This document shows positions 7,482 through 17,468 of a stretch of 64,000 bases of DNA, in pieces. Positions within the stretch are counted from its first letter, which is position 1. Each line of letters opens with the position of its first letter. Where the stretch lies: positions 1 to 64,000 of the forward strand of contig JBQLZK010000031.1 in the NCBI GenBank assembly GCA_052168235.1. Direction: 5' to 3'. Under the pieces are notes generated by a model. It did no database searches and was not told the DNA's origin. It saw nothing but the letters and a program-made list of their open reading frames with translations. Source of the stretch: Thainema sp. (lineage in GTDB: Bacteria; Cyanobacteriota; Cyanobacteriia; Phormidesmidales; Phormidesmidaceae). The translations under genes and the position numbers were made by a program.

Positions 7482-10343
7482 ATGTCCCCCAAGCGTTTTC
7501 TGCGATTTGTCGTTCTACTGTTGGTTACGGCTGGCCTGTGCATCGTTAGCCCGCCCACAGTTGCCAGCCTGTCGAACCGTTTGCCCAATCCAGCGGCATC
7601 CAACTCCGTGATACAAGCGCAAAATACGCTGGAGCAGCAGGTTCAAGCTGGGCGAGATCGTTATGTAGCTGAACAGTACAGCCAGGCAGCAGAACTCTGG
7701 CAACAGGCCGCCGCTGATTATGCAGCCCAGGGCGACACCATCAATCAGGCAATGACGTTGAGTAATTTGGGTTTGGCCTATCTAAAGTTAGGAGACTATC
7801 CTGCCGCTCGTGATGCGATCGCAACAAGTTTAGAACTGTTAACCTCATCGCCAGCCACGGACTACAGTCAGCGGGTACAGGCTCAAGCGCTCAGTGCGCA
7901 GGCACAACTGCAGATGGCGCAGGGTCAGCCAGAAGTCGCCTTAGATACGCTGGAGCAGGCCGCTGAGCACTATCAAACGATTGGCGATGAAGCAGGGGTG
8001 ATTCGCAGTCAGTTGAATCAGGCGCAAATTCTGCAAGTGCAGGGGCTATATCGCAATGCGCTAGCGCTCACCGCAACTATTCAGGACAGCTTGCAAAACC
8101 AGCCCAATTCATCACTAAAAGTTAGCGGCCTGCGCCAGCTAGGCAACTTGCAGCGGCTGGTGGGCAGTTTGGCAGATGCGCAAACGTCGCTGCAGCAGAG
8201 CCTGCAAGTGGCTCAAGCAATTAATGCTCCGGCTGATATTAGTGCGTCTTTGCTGAGCTTGGGCAATATTGCCGACTCAACTGGTTCTCCAGATGCGGCG
8301 ATTAACTACTATCAGCAGGCTGCCGACACTGCGCCCACCCCCGCGCTGCGACTGCAAGCCTTGATTAACCAGTTTGGCTTACAGGTTGATCAGCGCCACT
8401 GGCCTGAGGCTCAAGCACTCATCGCGCCGATACAGGCTGAATTGCCCGCTCTAGCCCCAAGTCGCACCCATATTTATCTCCAGATCAATTTTGCTCAGAG
8501 TCTGCTAAAGGCTCTGCAGGATGGACAGCCTTTAGTATCATCAGATGCGATCGCAACTATTCTATCCACCGCAATCAATCAGGCGAAAACCATCGAAGAT
8601 GCTCGCGCCGAGTCCTACGGATTGGGCTACTTGGGACAGCTCTATCAGCTCACGGGTCAGCTGGCGGAAGCTGCCGAGCTGACGGAACAAGCCTACAATC
8701 TGGCTCAGGCGATCAACGCTAGCTCAATTGTCTACCAGTGGCAGTGGCAGTTAGGCCAAATTCTCAATGCCCAAGGCGACACTGAACGGGCAATTCAAGC
8801 CTATTCTCAGGCCATTCAAACGCTACAAGATCTGCGCAGCGACTTAGTCGCAGTCAACCCAGAGGTGCGCTTCTCATTTCGGGAAGGCGTTGAGCCGATC
8901 TATCGTGAACTAGTGGGCCTGCTGCTAAAAGACGACGATCAAGCAGAACTCCCCCAAGAGAATTTACTCCAGGCCCGCAATGTGATCGAATCGCTCCAGG
9001 TCGCCGAGCTGGTCAACTTCTTCCGCGCCGACTGTGTTGTCACCAGCGCCGTTCAGATCGATCAAATTGATACACAAGCCGCTGTGATTTATCCGATTAT
9101 TCTGCCGGATCGATTAGAAGTGGTGCTAAGTTTGCCAGATCAACCTCTGTCGCATCATACAGTGCAGGTTTCTCAGACCGAGGTGCAGCAAACGCTGGAT
9201 GATTTGCGCACAACAGTTGCCATCGGCTACGTGTCTCCATCTCAAAGTATCGCTGCTGCCACTCCATCAACAGATGCAACAGATTCTGCTGATCCAGTTG
9301 ATGAATCTGAGATTAGTGATGAGAGTAGCGATGAAGCGGGTGATGAAACCGATGATGAGACCGATGACGAGGATATAACAGTAGCGTATAACCCACAAGC
9401 TGCGATCGCACGCCGGATTAGTCGGAGCGACCGAGGTCTGGGAATCATTGGCCTGGATGAAATTATTGACGATGAAACGATTGGCATTAGCGCTAGCATT
9501 CGAGAAGTTGACTATCTGCCCCTGGCCAAACAGGTCTATAGCTGGCTGATTGAACCCTTAGCGGATCGGCTAGCCGCGACTGAAACTGAAACCCTGGTCT
9601 TTGTTCTAGATGGCGCACTGCGGAATGTGCCGATGTCGGTGCTGTACGACGAAGTGGCTGAGCAGCACCTAATTGAAAAGTACGCCATTGCCCTCACCCC
9701 TGGTCTACAGCTCTTTGATCCCAAGCCGCTGGCCGAGCGCCGCATCCAGGCCATCGTGGGTGGCTTAACCGAATCGCGTCAGGGTTTCAGCGCTCTACCC
9801 GCCGTTGCCCAGGAGGTTGAAACGATTGAATCCGAAGTTCCCAGCGAGATTTTGCTCAATGATGCATTTCAAAAAGAACAGCTTGAGGATGAGGTGATTT
9901 CGCTCAACTTTCCGGTGGTGCATCTAGCGACACATGGTCAATTTAGTTCTGATTTAGAAGAAACGTTTATCCTCACCTGGGACGACCGAATCAATGCCAA
10001 CGAATTAAGCAGTCTATTACAAACAACCGAACTGAATCAGAATGAAGCCATCGAACTTTTGATTCTCAGCGCTTGTGAAACGGCTGCGGGCGACGACCGC
10101 GCCGCCCTGGGATTAGCAGGAGTAGCGGTGCGTTCTGGTGCGCGCAGTACCCTAGCAACGCTTTGGCAGGTCAACGATGCTGGCACCTCAAAGCTGATGG
10201 GCGAAGTTTATCGACGGCTCGGCGATGCCAATTTGACCAAAGCGGAAGTCCTACAACAGGCTCAACTGAGTCTGTTACAGGACGACGAATATGCCCATCC
10301 ATTTTTCTGGGCCCCGTTTGTATTGCTCGGCAACTGGCTCTAA
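7482..10343 (+). CDS. Secreted TPR + CHAT (caspase HetF-associated) domain protein
   Basis: Signal peptide, TPR repeats, HLATHG and LSACET catalytic motifs, C-terminal HPFFWAPFVLLGNWL. Confidence 0.93.
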   Translation: MSPKRFLRFVVLLLVTAGLCIVSPPTVASLSNRLPNPAASNSVIQAQNTLEQQVQAGRDRYVAEQYSQAAELWQQAAADYAAQGDTINQAMTLSNLGLAYLKLGDYPAARDAIATSLELLTSSPATDYSQRVQAQALSAQAQLQMAQGQPEVALDTLEQAAEHYQTIGDEAGVIRSQLNQAQILQVQGLYRNALALTATIQDSLQNQPNSSLKVSGLRQLGNLQRLVGSLADAQTSLQQSLQVAQAINAPADISASLLSLGNIADSTGSPDAAINYYQQAADTAPTPALRLQALINQFGLQVDQRHWPEAQALIAPIQAELPALAPSRTHIYLQINFAQSLLKALQDGQPLVSSDAIATILSTAINQAKTIEDARAESYGLGYLGQLYQLTGQLAEAAELTEQAYNLAQAINASSIVYQWQWQLGQILNAQGDTERAIQAYSQAIQTLQDLRSDLVAVNPEVRFSFREGVEPIYRELVGLLLKDDDQAELPQENLLQARNVIESLQVAELVNFFRADCVVTSAVQIDQIDTQAAVIYPIILPDRLEVVLSLPDQPLSHHTVQVSQTEVQQTLDDLRTTVAIGYVSPSQSIAAATPSTDATDSADPVDESEISDESSDEAGDETDDETDDEDITVAYNPQAAIARRISRSDRGLGIIGLDEIIDDETIGISASIREVDYLPLAKQVYSWLIEPLADRLAATETETLVFVLDGALRNVPMSVLYDEVAEQHLIEKYAIALTPGLQLFDPKPLAERRIQAIVGGLTESRQGFSALPAVAQEVETIESEVPSEILLNDAFQKEQLEDEVISLNFPVVHLATHGQFSSDLEETFILTWDDRINANELSSLLQTTELNQNEAIELLILSACETAAGDDRAALGLAGVAVRSGARSTLATLWQVNDAGTSKLMGEVYRRLGDANLTKAEVLQQAQLSLLQDDEYAHPFFWAPFVLLGNWL

Positions 10344-10452
10344 ATTTGGCATTGCTGATTAACAATTAGTTTTAGGCTCGTAAATTTTCGAAATGCTCAT
10401 GATCAGCTCTGTAGGTTTCTTCAAACCCCATGTAATCTGTTAGAAACCAATC

Positions 10453-11643
10453 ATGAGTACGCAGCCCCCCCATACTCAACCGATTCCACCCCCTGATGGA
10501 AATGCGCGATCGCAGTTTCCCTCTCCTGACAGCACCATCCCGCCCGCAGCCAATCCCAACCAAGACCCAGCCAATCCATCGGCCACACCCGCAAACGCTG
10601 ATCAATACTATTGGCAGCACTGGCCCGAAGTCCAAGCTCAATTTTTACAGCAGCAGCTAGTGGATGCCGTTGAGCGATCGGAAAAATTTGCCAAGCATCT
10701 CGATCAGCAGGTGAAATTTTTCAAAGCTGGATTTGGTATCCTCGCCGTTGTGTTCACTGCATTTTTCACCTATCTGCAAATTCGGCAAATTTTTCTCGAT
10801 GGCCGCGAAAATCGTCGCACCAGTCGCCAAGATGCCTGGGAGTTAATCCACTCGGTTATTTCCAATGGCAACGAAACCAGTGCGGGCCTAACCTTTGCCA
10901 TTGAAACACTCACTCAGCAGTGCGAGTCGCTGTCCGGCCTGGAACTCAAGAACCGCTATTTACCGGAAATCAAGTTTGTTCCACCGTCAGATAATTCCGT
11001 CAGCAGTGGCCTTGAGCAAATTGGTCACGTATTTGGTGTCCGCCCTGAGCGTGACTGTTCTGAGCGGGAGCAGGTTGATCTCAGAGGCATCAACCTCACA
11101 GGGTCTACATTATTCGAAGCTGCGTTTCGTGAAGCCGATCTGCAAGGTGCTAATTTCCAGGCGGCTAAGCTTCACGGCACTGTCTTTACAGCTGTTGACC
11201 TGCGAGAAAGCAATTTTCAAGATGCTCAGTTGAATCAGGTGCAGTTCCAGGCGGTTGATTTAGAGGGTTCTAATCTATCGCGAGCAATGCTGCCGGGTGC
11301 CCAGTTTTTAGTTGACGCCAGTGATAAGGCAGATTTCAAATCGCAGCTATCCAATTTAAACGGCGCGAATTTCCAAAATGCTAAGCTGTGCGAATTTCCA
11401 GCAGGTAGCGATCCACAAACCATGACAGTCGAACAACATCAGGAGCATTGCGCCGACTTGCGCCAAACTCGAAATCTGGCATTTGATCAGATTCAACAAG
11501 CTCAAGACTGGCAATATGCGCTCTATAACTCTATTACCTGCGAACAGTTTAGAACGCAAGGCATGACCGAAGAGACTACACCCGTGAGCTGCCAACCGAT
11601 GCGATCGCAATCTGCCCACCTTAACAATCCTGAATTCAACTAG
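10453..11643 (+). CDS. Pentapeptide repeat membrane protein
   Basis: A(D/N)LxG-type repeats (VDLRG INLTG ... ADLQG ANFQA); one TM segment. Confidence 0.88.
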   Translation: MSTQPPHTQPIPPPDGNARSQFPSPDSTIPPAANPNQDPANPSATPANADQYYWQHWPEVQAQFLQQQLVDAVERSEKFAKHLDQQVKFFKAGFGILAVVFTAFFTYLQIRQIFLDGRENRRTSRQDAWELIHSVISNGNETSAGLTFAIETLTQQCESLSGLELKNRYLPEIKFVPPSDNSVSSGLEQIGHVFGVRPERDCSEREQVDLRGINLTGSTLFEAAFREADLQGANFQAAKLHGTVFTAVDLRESNFQDAQLNQVQFQAVDLEGSNLSRAMLPGAQFLVDASDKADFKSQLSNLNGANFQNAKLCEFPAGSDPQTMTVEQHQEHCADLRQTRNLAFDQIQQAQDWQYALYNSITCEQFRTQGMTEETTPVSCQPMRSQSAHLNNPEFN

Positions 11644-11673
11644 AAAGAGTCCAAAATCATTTTTTGTGAACGT

Positions 11674-11766
11674 TATAGCGGTTCTAGATAAGAACGAAAG
11701 AGCAGAGTGCCTCAGGATGAGGCACTCTGCTCTTTCGTTCTCTCACTCTTAACTGGAATTACTATA
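11674..11766. mobile_element. 93-bp hairpin mini-element, family A copy 2
   Basis: TATAGCGGTTCTAG...CTGGAATTACTATA, TATA at both ends, 24-bp perfect stem. Confidence 0.75.
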
Positions 11767-11832
11767 ATCACTGGTTTTTACAAGCGGAATTGGTATGAGT
11801 AGCGCGACCTCGTAGAAACGGTATAAACCCGC

Positions 11833-11865
11833 AAAAAAAGAGAGGTTATCTCTAACCTCTCCTCT
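11833..11865 (-). terminator. Rho-independent terminator of apcABC
   Basis: Minus strand GAGAGGTTAG-AGA-TAACCTCTC followed by a T run, ~45 nt after the apcC stop. Confidence 0.75.
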
Positions 11866-11909
11866 ACACATGCGTATCCAATCTGATCAAAGGCATCATT
11901 GTTAGGAAT

Positions 11910-12116
11910 TTAGCTGCCAACACCAGCATTCATTCCAGGCTTGCCGGTAGCCAACTCAACCTTCACGATCTTGCCACCCATTTTCTGGATGCGCTGTTGC
12001 TCCTTAAACCAGTTGCCATAAGGAACAAGCTTGGTGAAATAGGTGTTCTGCAACTCACGCTGGGTTCGGATGCGAGTTTGGCTTGGGACGCAAGCTGTAA
12101 CCTTGAACATGCGCAT
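11910..12116 (-). CDS. apcC: Phycobilisome core small linker polypeptide Lc7.8
   Basis: MRMFKVTACVPSQTRIRTQRELQNTYFTKLVPY; GGAG RBS. Confidence 0.98.
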   Translation of the reverse strand: MRMFKVTACVPSQTRIRTQRELQNTYFTKLVPYGNWFKEQQRIQKMGGKIVKVELATGKPGMNAGVGS

Positions 12117-12435
12117 AGCGAAAGATCTCCTAATGCAAGGCAAAAAGTTTAGATATCAAAAGCCGCCGCTTATCACCAAATTGAACCGATTCAATTCTCA
12201 ATCACGTTAAGTCTCAACCATGAAGTGAGAAGACGATAGCCAGCGAAAATCACTCTTTAAGAATTTTCTGTAGATAGACGAAGGGCTAAGCACCGATGAA
12301 AATGCCAGACTACTGTAACTCATCAGCCCTGGAGGACAAGCTAAACAGCACTCTAACACTCACTCCGGCCAGCTTAGCCCTTTCATATCTAACTAACTTG
12401 TGAGTGCGGCAAGTCAGTTAACTGCTGTGACTCAA

Positions 12436-12921
12436 CTAGCTCAAGCCAGAGCAGATGTAGTCGAAGTAAACACCCATTTCCTTACCAGCATCAGCACCAA
12501 CCAAGCTAGCGGTTACTTCCTTCATTGCTTGGATAGCCTGAACGGTAGCAGAAACAGGTACACCTAGGGAGTTGTAGGTTTCCTTCAGGCCGTTGAGTAC
12601 GCGCTCATCGAGGATAGAAGGATCGCCAGCCAACATTGCGTAGGTGGAATAGCGCAGGTAGTAGTCGAGGTCGCGGATGCAAGCAGCATAGCGACGGGTG
12701 GTGTACATGTTACCACCGGGACGGGTGATATCAGAGTACAACAAGGACTTAGCAACTGCTTCCTTAACGATGCCAGCTGCGTTAGCGCTGATGGTGGTTG
12801 CTGCACGAACGCGCAGTTCACCACTAGCGAAGTAAGCCTTTAGCTTCTCCATTGCGGAACCGTCAAGGTACTTACCTTGAACGTCAGAAGAGTTGATTAC
12901 AGAAGTAATAGCGTCTTGCAT
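12436..12921 (-). CDS. apcB: Allophycocyanin beta subunit
   Basis: [20 protein letters not shown]...RRYAACIRD, 161 aa. Confidence 0.99.
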   Translation of the reverse strand: MQDAITSVINSSDVQGKYLDGSAMEKLKAYFASGELRVRAATTISANAAGIVKEAVAKSLLYSDITRPGGNMYTTRRYAACIRDLDYYLRYSTYAMLAGDPSILDERVLNGLKETYNSLGVPVSATVQAIQAMKEVTASLVGADAGKEMGVYFDYICSGLS

Positions 12922-12984
12922 TGTATCGCTTCCTTAAATGACTTAGTTTCAGCAGAATTTCGTGTTGTTAATGGGCAACAACGC

Positions 12985-13470
12985 TTACTGCATCGCACCG
13001 ATTACGTAGTCGAAGTAAGAACCAGCTTCAGATGCGTCTTCACCAGACAGCATGGAAGCAGCAACGTTCTTCATCGCACGAACAGCTTCTGCAACAGCAG
13101 GAATTGGGGTGCCCAAGGAGTTGTACATTTCCTTAACACCAACCAAACCGATTTCTTCGATCGGGGTTACATCACCGGAGACGATTCCATAGGTGATCAG
13201 ACGTAGGTAGTAATCCATGTCGCGGAGGCAGGTGGCGGTCATTTCTTCGCCATATGCGTTTCCACCAGGAGATACAACGTCAGGACGCTTTTGGAACAGT
13301 TGATCACCAGCTTGCTTAACGATGCGCTCGCGGGAATCGGTCAGAACTTGAGCGATGCGTAGACGACGCTCGCCAGAGGTAACAAAACCCTTGATGCGAT
13401 CTAGCTCACCGGGGCTGAGATAGCGAGCCTCAGCGTCGGCATTCACGATAGACTTCGTGACAATACTCAT
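12985..13470 (-). CDS. apcA: Allophycocyanin alpha subunit
   Basis: [27 protein letters not shown]...TATCLRD, 161 aa. Confidence 0.99.
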   Translation of the reverse strand: MSIVTKSIVNADAEARYLSPGELDRIKGFVTSGERRLRIAQVLTDSRERIVKQAGDQLFQKRPDVVSPGGNAYGEEMTATCLRDMDYYLRLITYGIVSGDVTPIEEIGLVGVKEMYNSLGTPIPAVAEAVRAMKNVAASMLSGEDASEAGSYFDYVIGAMQ

Positions 13471-13918
13471 TGATGGATTCCTCCAGTAAGAAAATATAAC
13501 CAGAAGTATTTAGAACTGGTGTTCGCGGCCAGACGATAAAACACCACCGAAACAAATTCTTGTAGTGATGGTGTCTGCCTGGTTAAACTCGGGTACTTTT
13601 AGCAGGCTTTGTAGTTTCTGGAATCCTTGATTTAGGAGTCCAGGCTCAGCTACCTTCCGGAAACATTTTCAGGGATGAAGTTCACAATCTTAGGCATCCT
13701 GCAATATATCGTAATAATTTCCCTCAGAAATGGGGGACAGTGAGGGGTGGGAGGGTAGGTGAGTGGATGGGTGAGGGAGTAAGGGAACAAGGGGGCTGTA
13801 GAGGTCTGTAGAGGGTTGGTTGTCGAGAGAGTCGAGGGAGTAGGAGTACAGGAAAGCAGAGGGGGAATGGAATGGTGAGGGAGCCAGCGATTGGGATGTA
13901 GTGTTAGGAGTGAGAACG

Positions 13919-15151
13919 ATGCGGGTTGGCATAATTGGGGGTGGTGCGGCGGGATTTTTTGGTGCGATCGCATGTGCCGAAATGTATCCTGAGGCAACCG
14001 TTACGCTGTTTGAAGCTGGGCAGCGGCCATTGGCGAAAGTGCTAATTTCGGGTGGAGGGCGCTGCAACGTGACCCACGCTTGTTTTGAGCCGGCGGCGCT
14101 GGTACAGAACTATCCCAGGGGTGGAAAGGCTCTGCGGGGGGCACTGACGCGCTTTCAGCCACGAAACACGGTGCAGTGGTTTGAGCGGCGGGGGGTGCGG
14201 CTCAAGGTGGAAGCGGATGGGCGCATGTTTCCAGTGACGGATGATTCGGCCACGATTGCCAATTGCCTGACGCAAGCGGCGATGCAGGCTGGGGTGAAGT
14301 TACGAACGCAGGCTGCAGTGGCGGCGATTGAGCGAAACGGTGACGATTTTTTGCTCCGGCTGCGGTCGGGGCAGGTGGTGACGTGCGATCGCATCCTGAT
14401 TGCGACGGGCAGCAATCCCCGCGGCTACCAGTTCGCTCAATCGCTGGGACATACAATTCAGCCGCCCGTGCCGTCGCTGTTCACGTTCAACATTGCCGAT
14501 CCGAAGTTGCGAGAACTGGCTGGCATCGCGATTGAACCCGTTGAGGTCAAACTGAGCATCCCCAGCCAAAAGTCTAAGCAGAAGCCGCTACAGCAGTCAG
14601 GAGCGGTTCTAATCACCCATTGGGGACTGAGTGGGCCTGCTATCTTAAAACTCTCGGCCTGGGGTGCACGGGTACTGCATGATCAGCGTTACCAAGCTCA
14701 GCTCAGTGTGAACTGGTTGCCCGAGCAGAATCCAGAGCAACTGCGGCAGGTGCTGATAGAGGCAAAAGTCCAAATGGCGAAACGTGCGATCGCAAATTAC
14801 TGCCCGGTTGATCTGCCGCGTCGGTTCTGGCGCTACATTCTCAGCCGCGCCGAGATCGATCCGCAGCAAAATTGGGCGGAGCAGTCCAAAAAAGCGATTA
14901 ATCGCCTTGTGCAAGAACTTAGTCAGGGACAGTTCCAGATTCAGGGCAAGGGTGTGTTCAAAGACGAATTTGTCACCTGTGGCGGCGTGAGTCTGAAGGA
15001 AGTTGATTTTAAAACTATGCAGAGCCGTCTCTGCCCAGGACTATATTTCGCAGGCGAAGTCTTGGATATCGACGGCGTGACGGGTGGATTTAATTTTCAG
15101 TCGGCTTGGACAACGGGCTGGATTTCGGGGCAATCAATGGGATGTCCCTAA
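13919..15151 (+). CDS. HI0933/BaiN-family flavoprotein
   Basis: GGGAAG, KVLISGGGRCNVT, VTCGGV and GEVLDIDGVTGGFNFQSAW motifs. Confidence 0.93.
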   Translation: MRVGIIGGGAAGFFGAIACAEMYPEATVTLFEAGQRPLAKVLISGGGRCNVTHACFEPAALVQNYPRGGKALRGALTRFQPRNTVQWFERRGVRLKVEADGRMFPVTDDSATIANCLTQAAMQAGVKLRTQAAVAAIERNGDDFLLRLRSGQVVTCDRILIATGSNPRGYQFAQSLGHTIQPPVPSLFTFNIADPKLRELAGIAIEPVEVKLSIPSQKSKQKPLQQSGAVLITHWGLSGPAILKLSAWGARVLHDQRYQAQLSVNWLPEQNPEQLRQVLIEAKVQMAKRAIANYCPVDLPRRFWRYILSRAEIDPQQNWAEQSKKAINRLVQELSQGQFQIQGKGVFKDEFVTCGGVSLKEVDFKTMQSRLCPGLYFAGEVLDIDGVTGGFNFQSAWTTGWISGQSMGCP

Positions 15152-15184
15152 AAAGCTATAAGGTGCATCCGCGCAGCAATGCAC

Positions 15185-15940
15185 CTAAATCAGCCCATCT
15201 AGTTCGATTTCTTCAATCACCTGTAAGCCGCGCGGATCGCCCAATTTCAGCATCGCCGCCCGAGCATCTTCTTTGACGCCCAGGTCCTCATCTTCAGCAA
15301 AGGATTCAATCAGCGCGTCCACTGCCGTGGCATAGACTACGTTCGACGGTAATTCGCGACAGAGTTGACCAATTGACCAGGCACAGTTACTCCGTACTGC
15401 CGGAATGGGATCTTGTCGTAGAGCCTCAATCAGCGGCGGCATGGCGGACAAAATGGCATCAAAGCCAACCTCAGCCATTTGAGCCAGCGCACTGGCGGCC
15501 CATAGGCGCACAGCAGAAATATCGGTTTTGAGGGCATCGATCAGCGGAGCGAGCGATCGCAGATCGCGACAGTTGCCTAGTGCCCACACCAAACCCTTAC
15601 GCACGTAGCCGTTCCAGTCCCGATTAAGCTGCGTAATAATCGAATCCACCGCGTCTGGACTGGGATTACGGCCCAGCGCATAGGCAGCACTGACCCGCAC
15701 CAGCGGACAGCCATCTTGGAGCAACCGAACCAGTTCAGGAATGGCCCGAGCATCCTGTAATTCGCAAAAAGCCCGAGCAGCCAACATTCGCTGCTGCGTC
15801 TCCTCAGACTTCAGCAACGGCAACATCTGCTCCGGCGTTGGTTTCGGAACATCTGCCTCCGCATCTAGCGGTTCTAGCCGATCAAGCGGACTTTCATAAT
15901 CGGCGGTTTCTAATGCAATTAGATCGTCGTCGTCATACAT
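15185..15940 (-). CDS. PBS lyase HEAT-like repeat protein
   Basis: Repeated 'VRxxAAxALG' HEAT motifs. Confidence 0.88.
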   Translation of the reverse strand: MYDDDDLIALETADYESPLDRLEPLDAEADVPKPTPEQMLPLLKSEETQQRMLAARAFCELQDARAIPELVRLLQDGCPLVRVSAAYALGRNPSPDAVDSIITQLNRDWNGYVRKGLVWALGNCRDLRSLAPLIDALKTDISAVRLWAASALAQMAEVGFDAILSAMPPLIEALRQDPIPAVRSNCAWSIGQLCRELPSNVVYATAVDALIESFAEDEDLGVKEDARAAMLKLGDPRGLQVIEEIELDGLI

Positions 15941-16396
15941 ACTGTCACTTTACAGCACGAATTCGTTTCCCTAAAAGTCTTCTGACTTAAATCTTGTACC
16001 TGATCAACTCAGACCTCCATCAGATCCCGAACATATCTTTTGCTGCCCAATTGTGACGGCAAAAGATTACTCCCGGTTTGATTGCCAGATTTGAGTGCTT
16101 AAAATTGACCTGATTATTGCAATGCTGATTGAGTCAAGCGTAAATACATTCTGTGTAAATACATTCTGTAATTCGTTCTGCAATGAATGAACCCCTACGT
16201 ATCTCAACGCATCAGCAGATTAAGCACGTTACGGAGATTGGATTGATCGTCGCAGCAATTATCACGATATTTAAAGCAATGATCTGTTTCTTTGCGAAAC
16301 TGAGCGATACGTTACGCAGAACTCGATTGTAGTGCAAATATCAATACTAGATGACAGAGAGCATAAAAATCCTCTTTTTTTGATTGGAGACGGCTT

Positions 16397-16597
16397 ATGC
16401 TTTACGCAAAATACCATACAGCACAGCCTCATATGGAGCATGGTTCTGAGCGAGGCGCGATCGCAGATTTAGATCTGGATGCACGCCGCATTTTTGCTCG
16501 GAGTGGAATTGATTTTTCGAATGTGCCCACTTCTCAGCGGCAGCGAATTGCCATGCGCCTCAACGGATTATTGCAACAGTTTCGTCATCCAAATTGA
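16397..16597 (+). CDS. Small hypothetical protein (66 aa)
   Basis: GGAG RBS 7 nt upstream of ATG; overlaps the 3' end of the convergent GNAT gene by 30 nt. Confidence 0.45.
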   Translation: MLYAKYHTAQPHMEHGSERGAIADLDLDARRIFARSGIDFSNVPTSQRQRIAMRLNGLLQQFRHPN

Positions 16598-17083
16598 GCT
16601 TGGCTGATATCCCAAACGGCGATAGAGCTGCAGCGCTGTTTGGTTGGTTTGAAAGACTTGTAGCCCCAGCTCATTAAAACCCTGTTGCTTGGCCCACTGT
16701 TCACCCTGATGCATCAGCGCCGTTCCAATTCCTTGCCGCCGCGCATTTGGCGCAACATAGAGTAAAAACGTGTAAGCCTGCCGATACCCAGTGATTTGAT
16801 TAACGGCTTGCCCCATCCATAGACAAGCAACAGGCGCGAATTTCGAGCGAGTATGGGGTAAACCGAGTGAGACATCCGAGGAACCCAGCTCAGCGGGTTG
16901 AACCCACCACAGTGGTGTTTCAGAGCTGAAATGCTGATCAACCGTTTGCGCCAAGTGGCTGATATCAGCGTCTGGATTTAGCTCACGATAGGTGCGCTGC
17001 ATAAACTTAACCAGCAGTGCCCGATCCAAACCCGATCCGGTTCGCATCTGATATCCCGAAACCGGAAACGGTACGCTCATCAA
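16568..17083 (-). CDS. GNAT family N-acetyltransferase
   Basis: LYVAPNARRQGIGTALM and NQTALQLYRRLGY motifs. Confidence 0.92.
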   Translation of the reverse strand: MMSVPFPVSGYQMRTGSGLDRALLVKFMQRTYRELNPDADISHLAQTVDQHFSSETPLWWVQPAELGSSDVSLGLPHTRSKFAPVACLWMGQAVNQITGYRQAYTFLLYVAPNARRQGIGTALMHQGEQWAKQQGFNELGLQVFQTNQTALQLYRRLGYQPSSIWMTKLLQ

Positions 17084-17310
17084 GCTGTGCCTAGATCCTG
17101 CGGCAGTCCCTTAACCAGCACATAAATATCCGGTATCTCAGTTGTTACTTGGGCAGTTGGATCAGACGGCATTGTCTGATCCATTTCTTCTATTGGGGCC
17201 GGAGCCATCATGTCACTCGGCAGAAAAATTCTGGCGCTGACAGCAATCATGGCGATAAAAAAGACGAGGATGATAAAAAATGGGGCGATGTAGGCGCGAA
17301 AAATCTGCAT
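17080..17310 (-). CDS. Small membrane protein
   Basis: N-terminal TM followed by ARIFLPSDMMAPAP; overlaps the GNAT start (translational coupling). Confidence 0.7.
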   Translation of the reverse strand: MQIFRAYIAPFFIILVFFIAMIAVSARIFLPSDMMAPAPIEEMDQTMPSDPTAQVTTEIPDIYVLVKGLPQDLGTA

Positions 17311-17468
17311 AAGTTTTGTAAAGCTCTTTTCTCATTTTATCGCGTCTGGCCTGAGTTGATGCACTGATTTTGACGCATTTTGATGCCTAGAATACAGGTA
17401 AACGCGGCTTCATGCGATAGAGCTAAAGAACCGTACTTCCTCATCCACGGTTCTGGCAATCTTCGGGC

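Noticed and set aside
12255..12335. Hammerhead-like CTGATGAG...GAAA on the minus strand of the apcB-apcC spacer
   Set aside because: No stem II closing pair before GAAA and no compatible stems I/III found
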